DNA of 64,000 nucleotides from Candidatus Eiseniibacteriota bacterium (lineage in GTDB: Bacteria > Eisenbacteria > RBG-16-71-46): positions 3,072,001 through 3,136,000 of the forward strand of contig OY970178.1 in NCBI GenBank assembly GCA_963707915.1. Direction: 5' to 3'. The position numbers and the translations under genes are program-made. The notes under the pieces are model-generated. The model was not told where the DNA came from and did no database searches. It saw only the letters and a program-made list of their open reading frames with translations. Positions 9,115 through 22,265 of this stretch are shown here, piece by piece; position 1 is the stretch's first letter; each line of letters starts with the position of its first letter.

Positions 9115-11190
9115 ATGGGCCGCTTCGTCACCACGTCGTTCGCCGTAGCGCTCCTGGCTTCCGTCGCCTCCACCGCGTCTGCCATTGACAAGTATCCTCC
9201 GGGGCCCGCCTACCGCTCCTGCCCCGACAGCGTGACCCTCTTCCAGGTCCAGCAGGCGGACACCACGCTGAACCCCTGCCACCCCGCCATCGGCGACACG
9301 GTCCAGGGCCTCCGCGGCATCATCACCGGCTTCCGGCTCCGCTCCACCGGCCGGACCTACTTCGAGAAGGCTGACGCGTCCGACTACAACGCGCTGCAGG
9401 TCTTCACCGTCGGGCACCTGGAGAGTCAGGGTTTCGCCCTCGGCGACGAGATCTCGGTCACCGGACTCTCGCAGGCGTACCAGGGCGAGAGCCAGCTCCA
9501 GGGCACCCTCGGCACCTCCCTCACGGTCCGCAGGATTAGCAGCGGCAATCCGCTCCCGCCCGCCCGCGTCGGCACCACCTCCGACTACAAGTGGACCCCG
9601 GCCGTGGGCGCGGGCAGCGCGTTCGCGACCTGCAACCCGGCGGAAGGCATGTTGGTCCGGGTCAACGGCCCGCTCAAGGTCGCCCGCACGCAGGCCGGCG
9701 CCGGCCTCTACGCCCAAACCAACTGGCTGCTGGTCAACTCCGACGGCAGCGCCCCCGGCGACAGCATCCTCATCGATGGGTACACGCTTCCGATTCTCAA
9801 CATCACCGCGCCGCCGCTCAACACGGTGGTCGACGGGGTCCGGGGCATCCTGCGCCGGGGCACCAACAACGGCGTGGACTGCTGGATGATCTCCCTGCTC
9901 GACGCGAACGACCAACCGCTTCCGCTCCCCCCCAATCTGTCGGAGGCCTACCCCATCGCCGAGAACCGGATCCGGCTCCTCTTCGACAAGAACGTGGACG
10001 TGGCGACCGCGGAGAACGAGGGGAACTACGCGCTGGGTTCGGCCATCGGCGGCTCTTCCGTGGATCTCGCCACGGTGGTTGGCGGGTCCGGGAACGTCGT
10101 GGACCTGACCGTCACGGAGACCCAGGCGCGGCTCTCGCTCGAATCGATCCAGACCGAGAACCTCGGCTCGGCGACGTGCCCGGACTGCCGCTCGCCGCAG
10201 CAGTCGCTGAGCTTCGTTCTCGGCGTGCTCTCCTGCGCGGAGGTCCAGGCGCCGCTGGCGGACTCGCTCGGCGGCTCGTCGTGCCTCGACAAGTCGCGCT
10301 TCGCGGGCGACGGCTCCTCCTGGGGCGCGCGGCTCACCGTGCGCGGGGTGTTCGTGAAGCAGTACGGCACGCTCTACTTCATGGAGGATGCGGCGGGCGG
10401 ACAGCGCAGTGGCGTCGCCGCCTACAACGTGCCCTTCGGCATGACGGTCGGCCACCAGTACCTGCTGGCCTGCCGCGTCCAGGAGTATTACGGCATGACC
10501 GAGCTGGCCAACCCCGCGGGCCTGATCGACGAGGGCGAGGTCGCGGTCCCGGCGCCGCAGCTCCAGACCGTGGGGGTGCTCAACAACGTGGCCTGCGATC
10601 CGACGCAGACCATCACCAACGCCGAGGACTACGAGGGCGTGCTGGTGCGGGTCGAGAACGTCAAGGTCGTGCCGTTCAACACCGACCCGGTGCTGCCGTT
10701 GCAGGGCGGCTCGTTCCGCGTCGTCGCTCTGCCGGCCCTGGCCGACACGATCCTGGTGTCGAGCCTCGGCAACACCTACCCCGACTTCACGCCGTTCGTG
10801 GACCAGCTGCTGAACATCAACGGCGTGCTGAACATCGACACCGACGTGCCGCGCATCCTGCCGCGCAGCAGCGCGGACATCTCCATGTGCTATCTGCTGG
10901 GTTGCCTGGACGTCCCGCCGACCGGGCCTTCGTCCGGGGTGACCTTCTCGGTCGGTCCGAACCCGGCTCGCGTCGCCAACATCCGCTTCGCGCTGCCGAA
11001 GCAGGCTGAAGTCGACCTGTCGGTCTTCGACCTGTCGGGCCGCAAGATCGTCACGCTGGCGAAGGGCTCGATGGCCGCGAAGTCGTACGAGTACAAGTGG
11101 GACGGCTCCGGCGCCGGCGCCGGCGTCTACTTCGTCCGCCTGCGGGTCGGTTCGGAGACGTACAACCTCCGCACCGTCACGCTGAAGTAA
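9115..11190 (+). CDS. Secreted OB-fold/Ig-like protein with T9SS-like CTD (copy 2, tandem paralog)
   Basis: RBS GGAGGAG; colinear with 6976-9042; identical CTD protein sequence. Confidence 0.8.
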   Translation: MGRFVTTSFAVALLASVASTASAIDKYPPGPAYRSCPDSVTLFQVQQADTTLNPCHPAIGDTVQGLRGIITGFRLRSTGRTYFEKADASDYNALQVFTVGHLESQGFALGDEISVTGLSQAYQGESQLQGTLGTSLTVRRISSGNPLPPARVGTTSDYKWTPAVGAGSAFATCNPAEGMLVRVNGPLKVARTQAGAGLYAQTNWLLVNSDGSAPGDSILIDGYTLPILNITAPPLNTVVDGVRGILRRGTNNGVDCWMISLLDANDQPLPLPPNLSEAYPIAENRIRLLFDKNVDVATAENEGNYALGSAIGGSSVDLATVVGGSGNVVDLTVTETQARLSLESIQTENLGSATCPDCRSPQQSLSFVLGVLSCAEVQAPLADSLGGSSCLDKSRFAGDGSSWGARLTVRGVFVKQYGTLYFMEDAAGGQRSGVAAYNVPFGMTVGHQYLLACRVQEYYGMTELANPAGLIDEGEVAVPAPQLQTVGVLNNVACDPTQTITNAEDYEGVLVRVENVKVVPFNTDPVLPLQGGSFRVVALPALADTILVSSLGNTYPDFTPFVDQLLNINGVLNIDTDVPRILPRSSADISMCYLLGCLDVPPTGPSSGVTFSVGPNPARVANIRFALPKQAEVDLSVFDLSGRKIVTLAKGSMAAKSYEYKWDGSGAGAGVYFVRLRVGSETYNLRTVTLK

Positions 11191-11211
11191 CCGCAGTCCG
11201 AGTCACCCGCG

Positions 11212-11239
11212 CGGCCGGGCCTCTTCGGAGGCCCGGCCG
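11212..11239 (+). terminator. Hairpin/terminator, duplicate of 9064-9091
   Basis: Same stem-loop sequence followed by TCGCGTTTGT. Confidence 0.7.
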
Positions 11240-11286
11240 TCGCGTTTGTATGCGACGCGTAAACATTGGATGTCGCGGCCGACAAC

Positions 11287-11314
11287 TTGACACGCTCCGA
11301 CGCGGTCTGATTAT
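11287..11314 (+). promoter_or_regulatory. Possible sigma70 promoter
   Basis: TTGACA-16 nt-GATTAT. Confidence 0.4.
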
Positions 11315-11426
11315 GTGAAACGAACGCGGCCATCTGCCGAAAGGAGATCCCCCGATGGGCCGCGACCGGAGAAGCTCATTGGGCCCCGAACCTAGCAGCA
11401 TGATGCGCAACGAAAGGAGAACTACG

Positions 11427-13256
11427 ATGCGCCGTGTAGTCGCCCCATTCGTGCTCGCGTCGGTCGCCGCCATCCTGCTCTTGAGTCCTTCCGCCGCTAC
11501 CTCCGATCCTGCCGACGCTCACTGGTCCGCTCTAGCATCCGAGACGGACGGCGCCATCCATGCCCTGGTGGAGGATGGCGCAGGAAACCTGTACGCCGGT
11601 GGTGCGTTCTGGAACGCCGGTGGAGAGTATGCCGGATACGTCGCCAAGTGGGATGGGACTGGCTGGTCCCCGCTGGGCTGGGGGATGAACGGCCCGGTGT
11701 ACGCACTGGCAGTGGACAGCGGCGGAAACCTCTACGCTGGAGGCGCCTTCTCCTACGCCGGGGAAGTGGATGCCAACCGCGTAGCCAAGTGGAATGGGAC
11801 TGCATGGTCGGCCCTGGGCTCGGGGGTCAGCGGGATCATGGGGTCCACGGTGAGGGCTCTTGAACTGGACAGCGGCGGCAACCTGTTCGTCGGCGGGTTC
11901 TTCGAGCAGGCGGGTGGGGTGTGGACCAATTGTCTGGCCAAGTGGAACGTGCAGTCGCAGACTTGGTCGGCGGTCTCCGGGCTGAACTCCGACGTGTTGG
12001 CTCTGGAGGCGGACGGCATTGGGAACCTGTATGTAGGCGGTGGCTTCACCAACGTGGGGGGGGAGGGTGGCAACTACGTCGCCAAGTGGAATGGGACAAG
12101 CTGGTCGACCCTGGGCTCGGGCATGAACTATGTGGTCCGGACCCTGAAGTTGGGCAATGACGGAAGCATTTACGCCGGCGGGGACTTCTGGTGGGCGGGG
12201 GGCGTGAACGCCAACTCCGTGGCCAAGTGGAATGGGGCGAATTGGTCGGCGTTGGGTGAGGGCATGGACGACCACGGCTACCACCGTCCGTTCGTGTATT
12301 CCCTGGCAATGGACGATGGTGGGACGCTGTACGCGGGTGGTGAGTTCGCAGCCGCCGGGGCCTCGGCTGCCCCGTTCATCGCGAAGTGGGATGGGACGAG
12401 TTGGTCTCCCATGGGCTCGGGGATGAACCACATCGTTCATGCGGTGGTGGTCGCCGGCAGCGGGAATCTGTACGCTGGCGGCCAATTCACCACCGCGGGG
12501 GGCAAGTCCGCGAACTACCTGGCAGTCTGGGATGCTGTGCCTCCGGCTGCGGTGACCAATCTTGGCGCCTCGTCCGGCAGGTACACAGCAACGGTGGGAT
12601 GGGTCGCGCCCGGCGATGACGGGAACAACGGGACCGCCACGGGCTACGATCTGCGCCGCTCGACGAACCCGATCAACGCCGGCAACTTCGCCAACGCGAC
12701 CGTCATCACGACCCCCGCCCCCGGGCCTGCGGGTACGACCGAATGCGTGGAGTTGTCGGGGCTGTCCGGCTGCACGACTTACTACTTCGCGCTCAAGACC
12801 GTGGACGAGGCCGGCAACTGGTCGGCGCTCAGCAATCTCCCGAGTACGACGACGCGCTGTTCCGGCAGCCTGGCGGTGGTCTGCAATACCGGCGACATGA
12901 TGGCTGGGCCAGGAGACGCTGAGGCGGCGCTGGGTGCCACGGCCGAGGTGGGAGAGAAGGCCGACGTGATCGAGTTCTCGCTTGGCGCGCCGCGTCCGAA
13001 CCCTGGACGGGACCTTGTCCGTTTGACCTTCGCTGTCCCCGGGCGCGCCGAGGGGCTGCCCTATGATCTCGGCGTATTCGATGTCGCTGGACGTCGCGTG
13101 GCCAGCTTGGACGCTGGAATCGCCAAGACGGGCAGATTTACCGCGGAGTGGGATCTGCGGGGGGCTGCGGCAGGATCCGTTGGTGGAGGCATCTACTTCA
13201 TCCGGCTGCGTCTGGGCGAGGAACAGCAGGTGCGTGCGGTGACAGTGGCCCGCTGA
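11427..13256 (+). CDS. Secreted 7-repeat beta-propeller + FN3 + T9SS-like CTD protein
   Basis: RBS AAGGAG; signal peptide; seven WS.LG...LYAGG.F..AG...AKW repeats; FN3 WVAPGDDG...YYFALK; CTD PRPNP...VFDVAGRRV...WD...GIYFIRL. Confidence 0.8.
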   Translation: MRRVVAPFVLASVAAILLLSPSAATSDPADAHWSALASETDGAIHALVEDGAGNLYAGGAFWNAGGEYAGYVAKWDGTGWSPLGWGMNGPVYALAVDSGGNLYAGGAFSYAGEVDANRVAKWNGTAWSALGSGVSGIMGSTVRALELDSGGNLFVGGFFEQAGGVWTNCLAKWNVQSQTWSAVSGLNSDVLALEADGIGNLYVGGGFTNVGGEGGNYVAKWNGTSWSTLGSGMNYVVRTLKLGNDGSIYAGGDFWWAGGVNANSVAKWNGANWSALGEGMDDHGYHRPFVYSLAMDDGGTLYAGGEFAAAGASAAPFIAKWDGTSWSPMGSGMNHIVHAVVVAGSGNLYAGGQFTTAGGKSANYLAVWDAVPPAAVTNLGASSGRYTATVGWVAPGDDGNNGTATGYDLRRSTNPINAGNFANATVITTPAPGPAGTTECVELSGLSGCTTYYFALKTVDEAGNWSALSNLPSTTTRCSGSLAVVCNTGDMMAGPGDAEAALGATAEVGEKADVIEFSLGAPRPNPGRDLVRLTFAVPGRAEGLPYDLGVFDVAGRRVASLDAGIAKTGRFTAEWDLRGAAAGSVGGGIYFIRLRLGEEQQVRAVTVAR

Positions 13257-13389
13257 TAGTCGACGATCCGAATCGACTCTAGGGGGCGCATCTCCGGCGG
13301 CCACTCCACGGGGTGGCCGCCAGCCTCTCGGGGCCGGCCTCTGCGCGGTGAGCTCCGGTCGCGGGCCTTGGCAGCGCCCGGCCGCCCGA

Positions 13390-13419
13390 TTGCGCCACCC
13401 TTCGGGACGCTCCTATAAT
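13390..13419 (+). promoter_or_regulatory. sigma70-type promoter
   Basis: TTGCGC-18 nt-TATAAT. Confidence 0.55.
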
Positions 13420-13535
13420 CCGGCGCTCGCACGGGAGCCTGCGGAGCCCGCTCCGTCGCCGCCCGTCCGTTCGTCTGCCTCCGTCGTCCCAGGACTCCGG
13501 CCCCGGCCGGAGCGGCCGCGCTCCCCGGAGAACCG

Positions 13536-14894
13536 ATGCCCATCTCGATCGTGGTGCCCCAGCTGGGCGAGAGCGTCACGGAAGGGACCGTCTCGAAGTG
13601 GCTGAAGCAGGCCGGCGAGCGGGTGCGCAAGGACGAGCCGCTGGTCGAGATCCAGACCGACAAGATCAACGTCGAGCTGCCCTCGCCGGCCGAGGGGGTG
13701 CTCGAAGCCATCCTGGTGCCCGAGGGCACGACCGTGCTGGTGGGCACCGAGATCGGCGTGCTGGGGACCCCGGCGGCCGGTGACGCGGTGCCGGCGCCCG
13801 CTGCGGTCCCTGCTGCCGTGCCGCCGCCCCCCGCTGCGGCGCCCGCGGGCGGGGGGCCGGTTCCCGCGCCCTCCGCTCCGGCCGCACTCCCGCCAGCCGC
13901 CCCCACGGTGGCCCGGCCCGGCCCGGATGCCGGCGGGGACTCGGCGCGCGAAGGGAACTTCTCGCCGGCGGTGCGCAGGCTCATGCGCGAGCACAACGTC
14001 TCGCTGTCGGAGGTCGCCGCGATCCGCGGGAAGGGCCTCGCCGGCCGGGTGTCCCGCGACGACCTGCTGGAGTACCTGAAGGGCCGGGCCACGCCGCCTG
14101 CGGCCGCTTCCGCCGGGCCGCCGCCGGCGGCCCCGGTCGCGCCCGCCCTGGCGCTGCCCGGGACCGCCCCGGCCATGGCGCCGGCGCCGTCCGGCCTGCG
14201 CGAGGAGCTGGTCCCGTTCTCGAAGGTGCGCAAGCTCATCGCCGAGAACATGGTTCGCGCCAAGCACACCGCCGCCCACACCCACTGCTTCGACGAGACC
14301 GACATGAGCGCCATCGTCGCGCTGCGCCGGGAGTGGGCGCCGAAGCTCGAGCCGCAGGGCGTGCATCTCACCTACATGCCGTTCTTCATCAAGGCCGCCG
14401 TGCTGGCCCTGAAGGAGTTCCCGTGGGTGAACGGCGAGGTGCGGGGCGAGGCCATGCTGGTGAAGCGCTACTACAACATCGGGATCGCCGTGGGGCGCGA
14501 GGAGAAGGGGCTCATCGTTCCGAACCTCAAGGACTGCGACCGCAAGAACCTGGTGCAGCTCGCCGGCGAGGTGAACGACCTGGCGGCGCGCGCCCGCGCC
14601 GACCGGCTCCGGCCCGACGAGATCGCGGGCGGCACCTTCAGCATCACCAACGCCGGCGTCTACGGCGCGCTGAACTCCGCGCCGGTGATCAACGTCCCCG
14701 AGGTGGCGATCCTCGGCGTGCACAAGATCGCCGAGCGCCCGGTCGCGCGCGGCGGGCAGGTGGTGGTGCGCCCGATGATGAACGTGGCGATCGGCTTCGA
14801 CCACCGCGTGGTGGACGGGGAGCTGGCGGTGAAGTTCCTGCGCCGCGTCTGCGAGCTGCTGGAGCGGCCGGAACTGCTCTGGTTCCACGCGTGA
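13536..14894 (+). CDS. 2-oxoacid dehydrogenase E2, dihydrolipoamide acyltransferase
   Basis: Lipoyl domain EIQTDKINVE; Pro/Ala linker; E3-binding SPAVRRL...GRVSRDD; catalytic DHRVVDG. Confidence 0.95.
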   Translation: MPISIVVPQLGESVTEGTVSKWLKQAGERVRKDEPLVEIQTDKINVELPSPAEGVLEAILVPEGTTVLVGTEIGVLGTPAAGDAVPAPAAVPAAVPPPPAAAPAGGGPVPAPSAPAALPPAAPTVARPGPDAGGDSAREGNFSPAVRRLMREHNVSLSEVAAIRGKGLAGRVSRDDLLEYLKGRATPPAAASAGPPPAAPVAPALALPGTAPAMAPAPSGLREELVPFSKVRKLIAENMVRAKHTAAHTHCFDETDMSAIVALRREWAPKLEPQGVHLTYMPFFIKAAVLALKEFPWVNGEVRGEAMLVKRYYNIGIAVGREEKGLIVPNLKDCDRKNLVQLAGEVNDLAARARADRLRPDEIAGGTFSITNAGVYGALNSAPVINVPEVAILGVHKIAERPVARGGQVVVRPMMNVAIGFDHRVVDGELAVKFLRRVCELLERPELLWFHA

Positions 14895-15643
14895 GCGGGA
14901 CCCTCTCGGTCTGCCACCTCGGCCCCACGCCCTACCGCGAGGGGCTCGCGCTCCAGGAGGCGCTGGTGCGGCGGCGCGTGGCGGACCGCGACGGCGGGCC
15001 CGGCGCGACCGACTGGCTGCTCTATCCCGACCACCCGCCGGTCCTGACCGTGGGCCGGGGCGGGAGCGAGCGGAGCCTGCGCGTGAGCCGGGAGTCGCTC
15101 GCCGGGCGCGGCGTCGAGTGGTTCGAGGCCGACCGCGGCGGCGACCTGACCTGGCACGGCCCGGGCCAGCTCGTGGGCTACCCGATCGTGGACCTGGAGG
15201 CGCGCGGCCGCGACCTGCACCGTTACCTGAGGGACCTCGAGGAGGTCCTGGTCCAGGCGCTCGAGGGCTGGGGGGTGCCCGCCCGGCGGGTGCCCGGCCG
15301 CACCGGGGTCTGGGTCGGGGAGGAGAAGATCGCCTCCATCGGCATCGGCGTGCGCCACTGGGTCGGCTTCCACGGGTTCGCGCTCAACGTGGCGCCGGAC
15401 ATGGGGTTCTTCGACCTCATCCATCCCTGCGGGCTGCGCGGCGTCCGGATGACCTCGGTTGCCGGGCGGCTCGGGGCCTCCGCGCCGACGCTGGACCGGG
15501 CCCGCCGCGAGGTGGCCGGGTTGCTGGCGCGCCGTCTGGGCCACGACGGGACCCGCTGGGTCCCGGCCGGGGAGGTCCGGAACCTGTTTGGCCGCATCGA
15601 AACCGTCACGGCCGTACACACCACCGCACACCACGCCGCCTGA
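14891..15643 (+). CDS. lipB: Lipoyl(octanoyl) transferase
   Basis: GTG overlapping E2 stop; HPPVLTVGR, RGGDLTWHGPGQLVGYPI, KIASIG, HGFALNV, PCG. Confidence 0.95.
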   Translation: MSGTLSVCHLGPTPYREGLALQEALVRRRVADRDGGPGATDWLLYPDHPPVLTVGRGGSERSLRVSRESLAGRGVEWFEADRGGDLTWHGPGQLVGYPIVDLEARGRDLHRYLRDLEEVLVQALEGWGVPARRVPGRTGVWVGEEKIASIGIGVRHWVGFHGFALNVAPDMGFFDLIHPCGLRGVRMTSVAGRLGASAPTLDRARREVAGLLARRLGHDGTRWVPAGEVRNLFGRIETVTAVHTTAHHAA

Positions 15644-15692
15644 AGCGGCCATGACCGCCGGGGCCAGAGGTCCCGCCGGAAGGGAGAAGCGC

Positions 15693-16040
15693 ATGGTCAC
15701 CATCACCGAAGCCGCCAGCCAGAAGCTCGCCGAGGTCATCCGCCAGCAGGGCGAGCACGGCGGCGAGATCTACGGGCTCCGCCTGAGCGCCGCCCCCGGC
15801 TGCTGCTCGGGAGCGCAGTACGGGATGTCGCTCGCCAAGCAGCTCGAAGCCGGTGACTGGGAGGGCGAGTTCGGCGGGCTGAAGGTGCTGGTGGACCCGG
15901 AGAGCGCACCGTTCCTCCAGGGCGTGGCGATCGACTACGTCGAGACGCCCGACGGCTCGGGTTTCACCATCAAGAACCCCAATGCCGTCGAGAGCCCCGA
16001 GGGCGGCTGCGGCTCCGGCGGCTGCTCCTCCTGCGGCTGA
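15693..16040 (+). CDS. A-type Fe-S cluster carrier (IscA/HesB/ErpA family)
   Basis: ITEAA...LRL...GCCSG.QY...VLVDPES...IDY...GFTIKNPN; Cys-rich tail. Confidence 0.9.
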   Translation: MVTITEAASQKLAEVIRQQGEHGGEIYGLRLSAAPGCCSGAQYGMSLAKQLEAGDWEGEFGGLKVLVDPESAPFLQGVAIDYVETPDGSGFTIKNPNAVESPEGGCGSGGCSSCG

Positions 16041-16050
16041 GGACGGGGCC

Positions 16051-17196
16051 GTGAGCGACGAGCCGGACGAGGGACCGCAGGCGCTGCCGTTCGCGGACTT
16101 CGCCCTGCTGCCGGAGGACGAGGTCCGCGAGCGCATCCGGGTCGCGAAGCGCGTGCTCGGATCGCGGCTCGTCATCCTCGGCCACCACTACCAGCGCGAG
16201 AGCGTGATCGAGTTCGCTGACTTCCGCGGCGACTCGCTGAAGCTCTCGCAACTGGCCGCGCTCCAGCGGGAGGCGGAGTTCATCGTCTTCTGCGGCGTGC
16301 ACTTCATGGCGGAGTCGGCCGACATCCTGTGCCGGCCCCGCCAGTCCGTGCTGCTGCCCGACCTCAGGGCCGGCTGCTCGATGGCGGACATGGCCGCCGG
16401 CGCGGACGTCGAGGAGGCCTGGGAGCGGCTGGTCGCGGCGCATGGCGACACCCTGCTGCCGGTCACCTACATGAACTCGACGGCCGAGCTGAAGGCCTTC
16501 TGCGGGGCGCGCGGGGGCGTGGTGTGCACCTCCTCGAACGCCCGCGCCGTGCTCGAGTGGGCCTGGGCGCGCAGGGCGCGCGTGTTCTTCTTCCCCGACC
16601 AGCACCTCGGCCGCAACACCGCCTTCGCGATGGGCGTGCCGCTCGAGCGCATCGCGGAGTGGGACTGGCAGGGCGAGGACCTGGACCGGGTGAACGCCTC
16701 GTGCTACGAGGCGGACCGGCGCCTCATCCTGTGGCGCGGCTTCTGCTCCGTGCACACGCGGTTCACGAAGCAGGAAGTGGACGAGGCGCGCGCGCAGGAC
16801 CCCGCGGTGAAGGTGCTGGTCCATCCCGAGTGCCCGTTCGACGTGGCGCGCGGCGCGGACCTGGTCGGCTCGACGGAGTTCATCATCGAGCAGGTGCGCA
16901 AGGCGCCGGCCGGGACGCACTGGGCCGTCGGCACCGAGATCAACCTGGTCCGCCGTCTCGCGCTCGAGCACCCGGAGCAGCGGGTCGATTCGCTCCAGAG
17001 GACGGTCTGCCCCTGCGCCACGATGAACCGCATCGATCCCCCGCACCTGCTGTGGGTGCTGGAGAACCTGGTCGAGGGCCACCGGGTCAACGTCGTCGAG
17101 GTCCCGGAGACCGTGAAGCACTACGCCCGGCTGGCGCTGGACCGGATGCTGGGCCTCGGGGTCCCCGGCGGGACGGCCCCGATGGCGAGGGACTGA
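16051..17196 (+). CDS. nadA: Quinolinate synthase
   Basis: ILGHHYQ, FCGVHFMAESA, AGCSMADM, TYMNS, CSVH, VHPEC, CPCATM. Confidence 0.95.
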   Translation: MSDEPDEGPQALPFADFALLPEDEVRERIRVAKRVLGSRLVILGHHYQRESVIEFADFRGDSLKLSQLAALQREAEFIVFCGVHFMAESADILCRPRQSVLLPDLRAGCSMADMAAGADVEEAWERLVAAHGDTLLPVTYMNSTAELKAFCGARGGVVCTSSNARAVLEWAWARRARVFFFPDQHLGRNTAFAMGVPLERIAEWDWQGEDLDRVNASCYEADRRLILWRGFCSVHTRFTKQEVDEARAQDPAVKVLVHPECPFDVARGADLVGSTEFIIEQVRKAPAGTHWAVGTEINLVRRLALEHPEQRVDSLQRTVCPCATMNRIDPPHLLWVLENLVEGHRVNVVEVPETVKHYARLALDRMLGLGVPGGTAPMARD

Positions 17197-17198
17197 GC

Positions 17199-18116
17199 GT
17201 GGCGGGCGATCCGGCGCGGCCGGAGGCGACCCCCGCGGCGGCCCCGGAGCCCGGCATCCGCCGGCTCCCGCCGTGGCTCAAGAGCACCCTCCCGGGCCGG
17301 GGCGAGTACGCGGAGACCCGCGCCCTGCTGCGCGTGCAGCGCCTGGCCACGGTGTGCGAGGACGCGCGCTGCCCCAACCTCGGTCACTGCTGGGAGCGCG
17401 GGACCGCCACCATCATGATCCTGGGCGAGCGCTGCACGCGGCGCTGCGGCTTCTGCGCCGTGGGCCCGGGGAAGCCCGACGGGGTGGTGGACTGGGACGA
17501 GCCGCGCCGCGTCGGCGAGGCCGTGGCCGCGATGGGCCTGCGGCACGCGGTCGTCACCTCGGTGACGCGCGACGACCTGGCGGACGGCGGGAGCACGGTG
17601 TTCGCGATGGTGATCGACGAGATCCGCCGGCGCTCGCGGACGGTGGTCGAGGTGCTGGTCCCCGACTTCCGCGGCCGGGCGGAGGACCTGCAGCGGGTGA
17701 TCGAAGCGCGGCCCGACGTCATCAACCACAACGTCGAGACGGTCGAGCGCCTGCACCCGACGGTGCGCCCGAGCGCGCGCTACACCCGCTCGCTGGAGCT
17801 GCTGCAGCGGGTTCAGCGGAGCGGGGCGGGGATCCGGACGAAGTCGGGGATCATGCTGGGCCTGGGCGAGACCGACGCGGAGGTCGAGCGGACGCTCGTC
17901 GACCTGCGCGCGCACGGCTGCGAGCTGCTCACCATCGGGCAGTACCTGCGGCCGACCCCGGCGCACCTGCCGGTGGTCGAGTACGTGCACCCCGACAAGT
18001 TCGCCGCCTGGAAGTCGCGCGCCGAGGCGCTGGGCTTCGAGCGCACGGCGAGCGGGCCGCTGGTGCGCTCCTCGTTCCACGCGGACGAGCTGGCCGGGAC
18101 GGTCGGCGCGGAGTAG
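17199..18116 (+). CDS. lipA: Lipoyl synthase
   Basis: CEDARCPNLGHC and CTRRCGFC motifs; GPLVRSSFHA. Confidence 0.95.
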   Translation: MAGDPARPEATPAAAPEPGIRRLPPWLKSTLPGRGEYAETRALLRVQRLATVCEDARCPNLGHCWERGTATIMILGERCTRRCGFCAVGPGKPDGVVDWDEPRRVGEAVAAMGLRHAVVTSVTRDDLADGGSTVFAMVIDEIRRRSRTVVEVLVPDFRGRAEDLQRVIEARPDVINHNVETVERLHPTVRPSARYTRSLELLQRVQRSGAGIRTKSGIMLGLGETDAEVERTLVDLRAHGCELLTIGQYLRPTPAHLPVVEYVHPDKFAAWKSRAEALGFERTASGPLVRSSFHADELAGTVGAE

Positions 18117-18136
18117 CCGGGCGCGGCCGGGGCGCC

Positions 18137-18631
18137 CTAGCCCGCGGGTGGCGGCTCGAAGTCCCCGGGCTCCAGCACGCGCGTGATCCGCCCGCTCCCC
18201 TGGCCGGCGTCCCACGGGCAGTGGACCCGCACCAGCATCCCGGGCGAGAGGCCCCGCTCGGAACCGGTCAGGCGGCCGACCAGCAGGCCCAGGAGCGGCT
18301 GGTGCCCGACCAGGAGGACGTGGCCCGCGCGGGCCCCGAGGGTGCCGAGCGCGTCCAGCACGTCGGCGGCGTCGTGCTCGGGCTCCAGGTCGCGCAGCAG
18401 CTCGACCTCGACCGGCGGGACGGACGCTGCCGCGACGATCCCGGCACTCTGCCGCGCGCGCTGGTAGGGGCTCGAGAAGACGCGGTCGGGGCGCCAGCCC
18501 TCGCCCGCCAGTCGCTCGCGGAGCGCCTCGAGCCCGCGGACCCCGGCGGGCGAGAGCACGCGGTGACGGTCGCCGGCCGCTCCCGCGGGGAGCGCCAGGC
18601 CGTGTCGGAGGAGGTCGAGGGTGAGGGCCAA
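18137..18631 (-). CDS. sixA: Phosphohistidine phosphatase SixA family
   Basis: LLRHG, SSPYQRARQSA, LLVGHQP; TTG start is uncertain. Confidence 0.85.
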   Translation of the reverse strand: MALTLDLLRHGLALPAGAAGDRHRVLSPAGVRGLEALRERLAGEGWRPDRVFSSPYQRARQSAGIVAAASVPPVEVELLRDLEPEHDAADVLDALGTLGARAGHVLLVGHQPLLGLLVGRLTGSERGLSPGMLVRVHCPWDAGQGSGRITRVLEPGDFEPPPAG

Positions 18632-18753
18632 GCGGGGAGGGTCGCGGCGCGGGGCGGCGTTGTCAAGGACCGGCGCCCGGTTGCGGCACCCCGGAGCCTC
18701 CGATAGGGTCACCCGAGGACCGCGTCCACGACCGCCGAACCCGGGAGCGCCAC

Positions 18754-22254
<3,501 letters not shown>

Positions 22255-22265
22255 GGCGCCCCGAC

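Larger units (their letters stand above)
6976..11241 (+). repeat. Tandem gene duplication, unit about 2.14 kb
   Basis: 8797-9093 and 10945-11241 are nearly identical, including the downstream hairpin. Confidence 0.9.
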
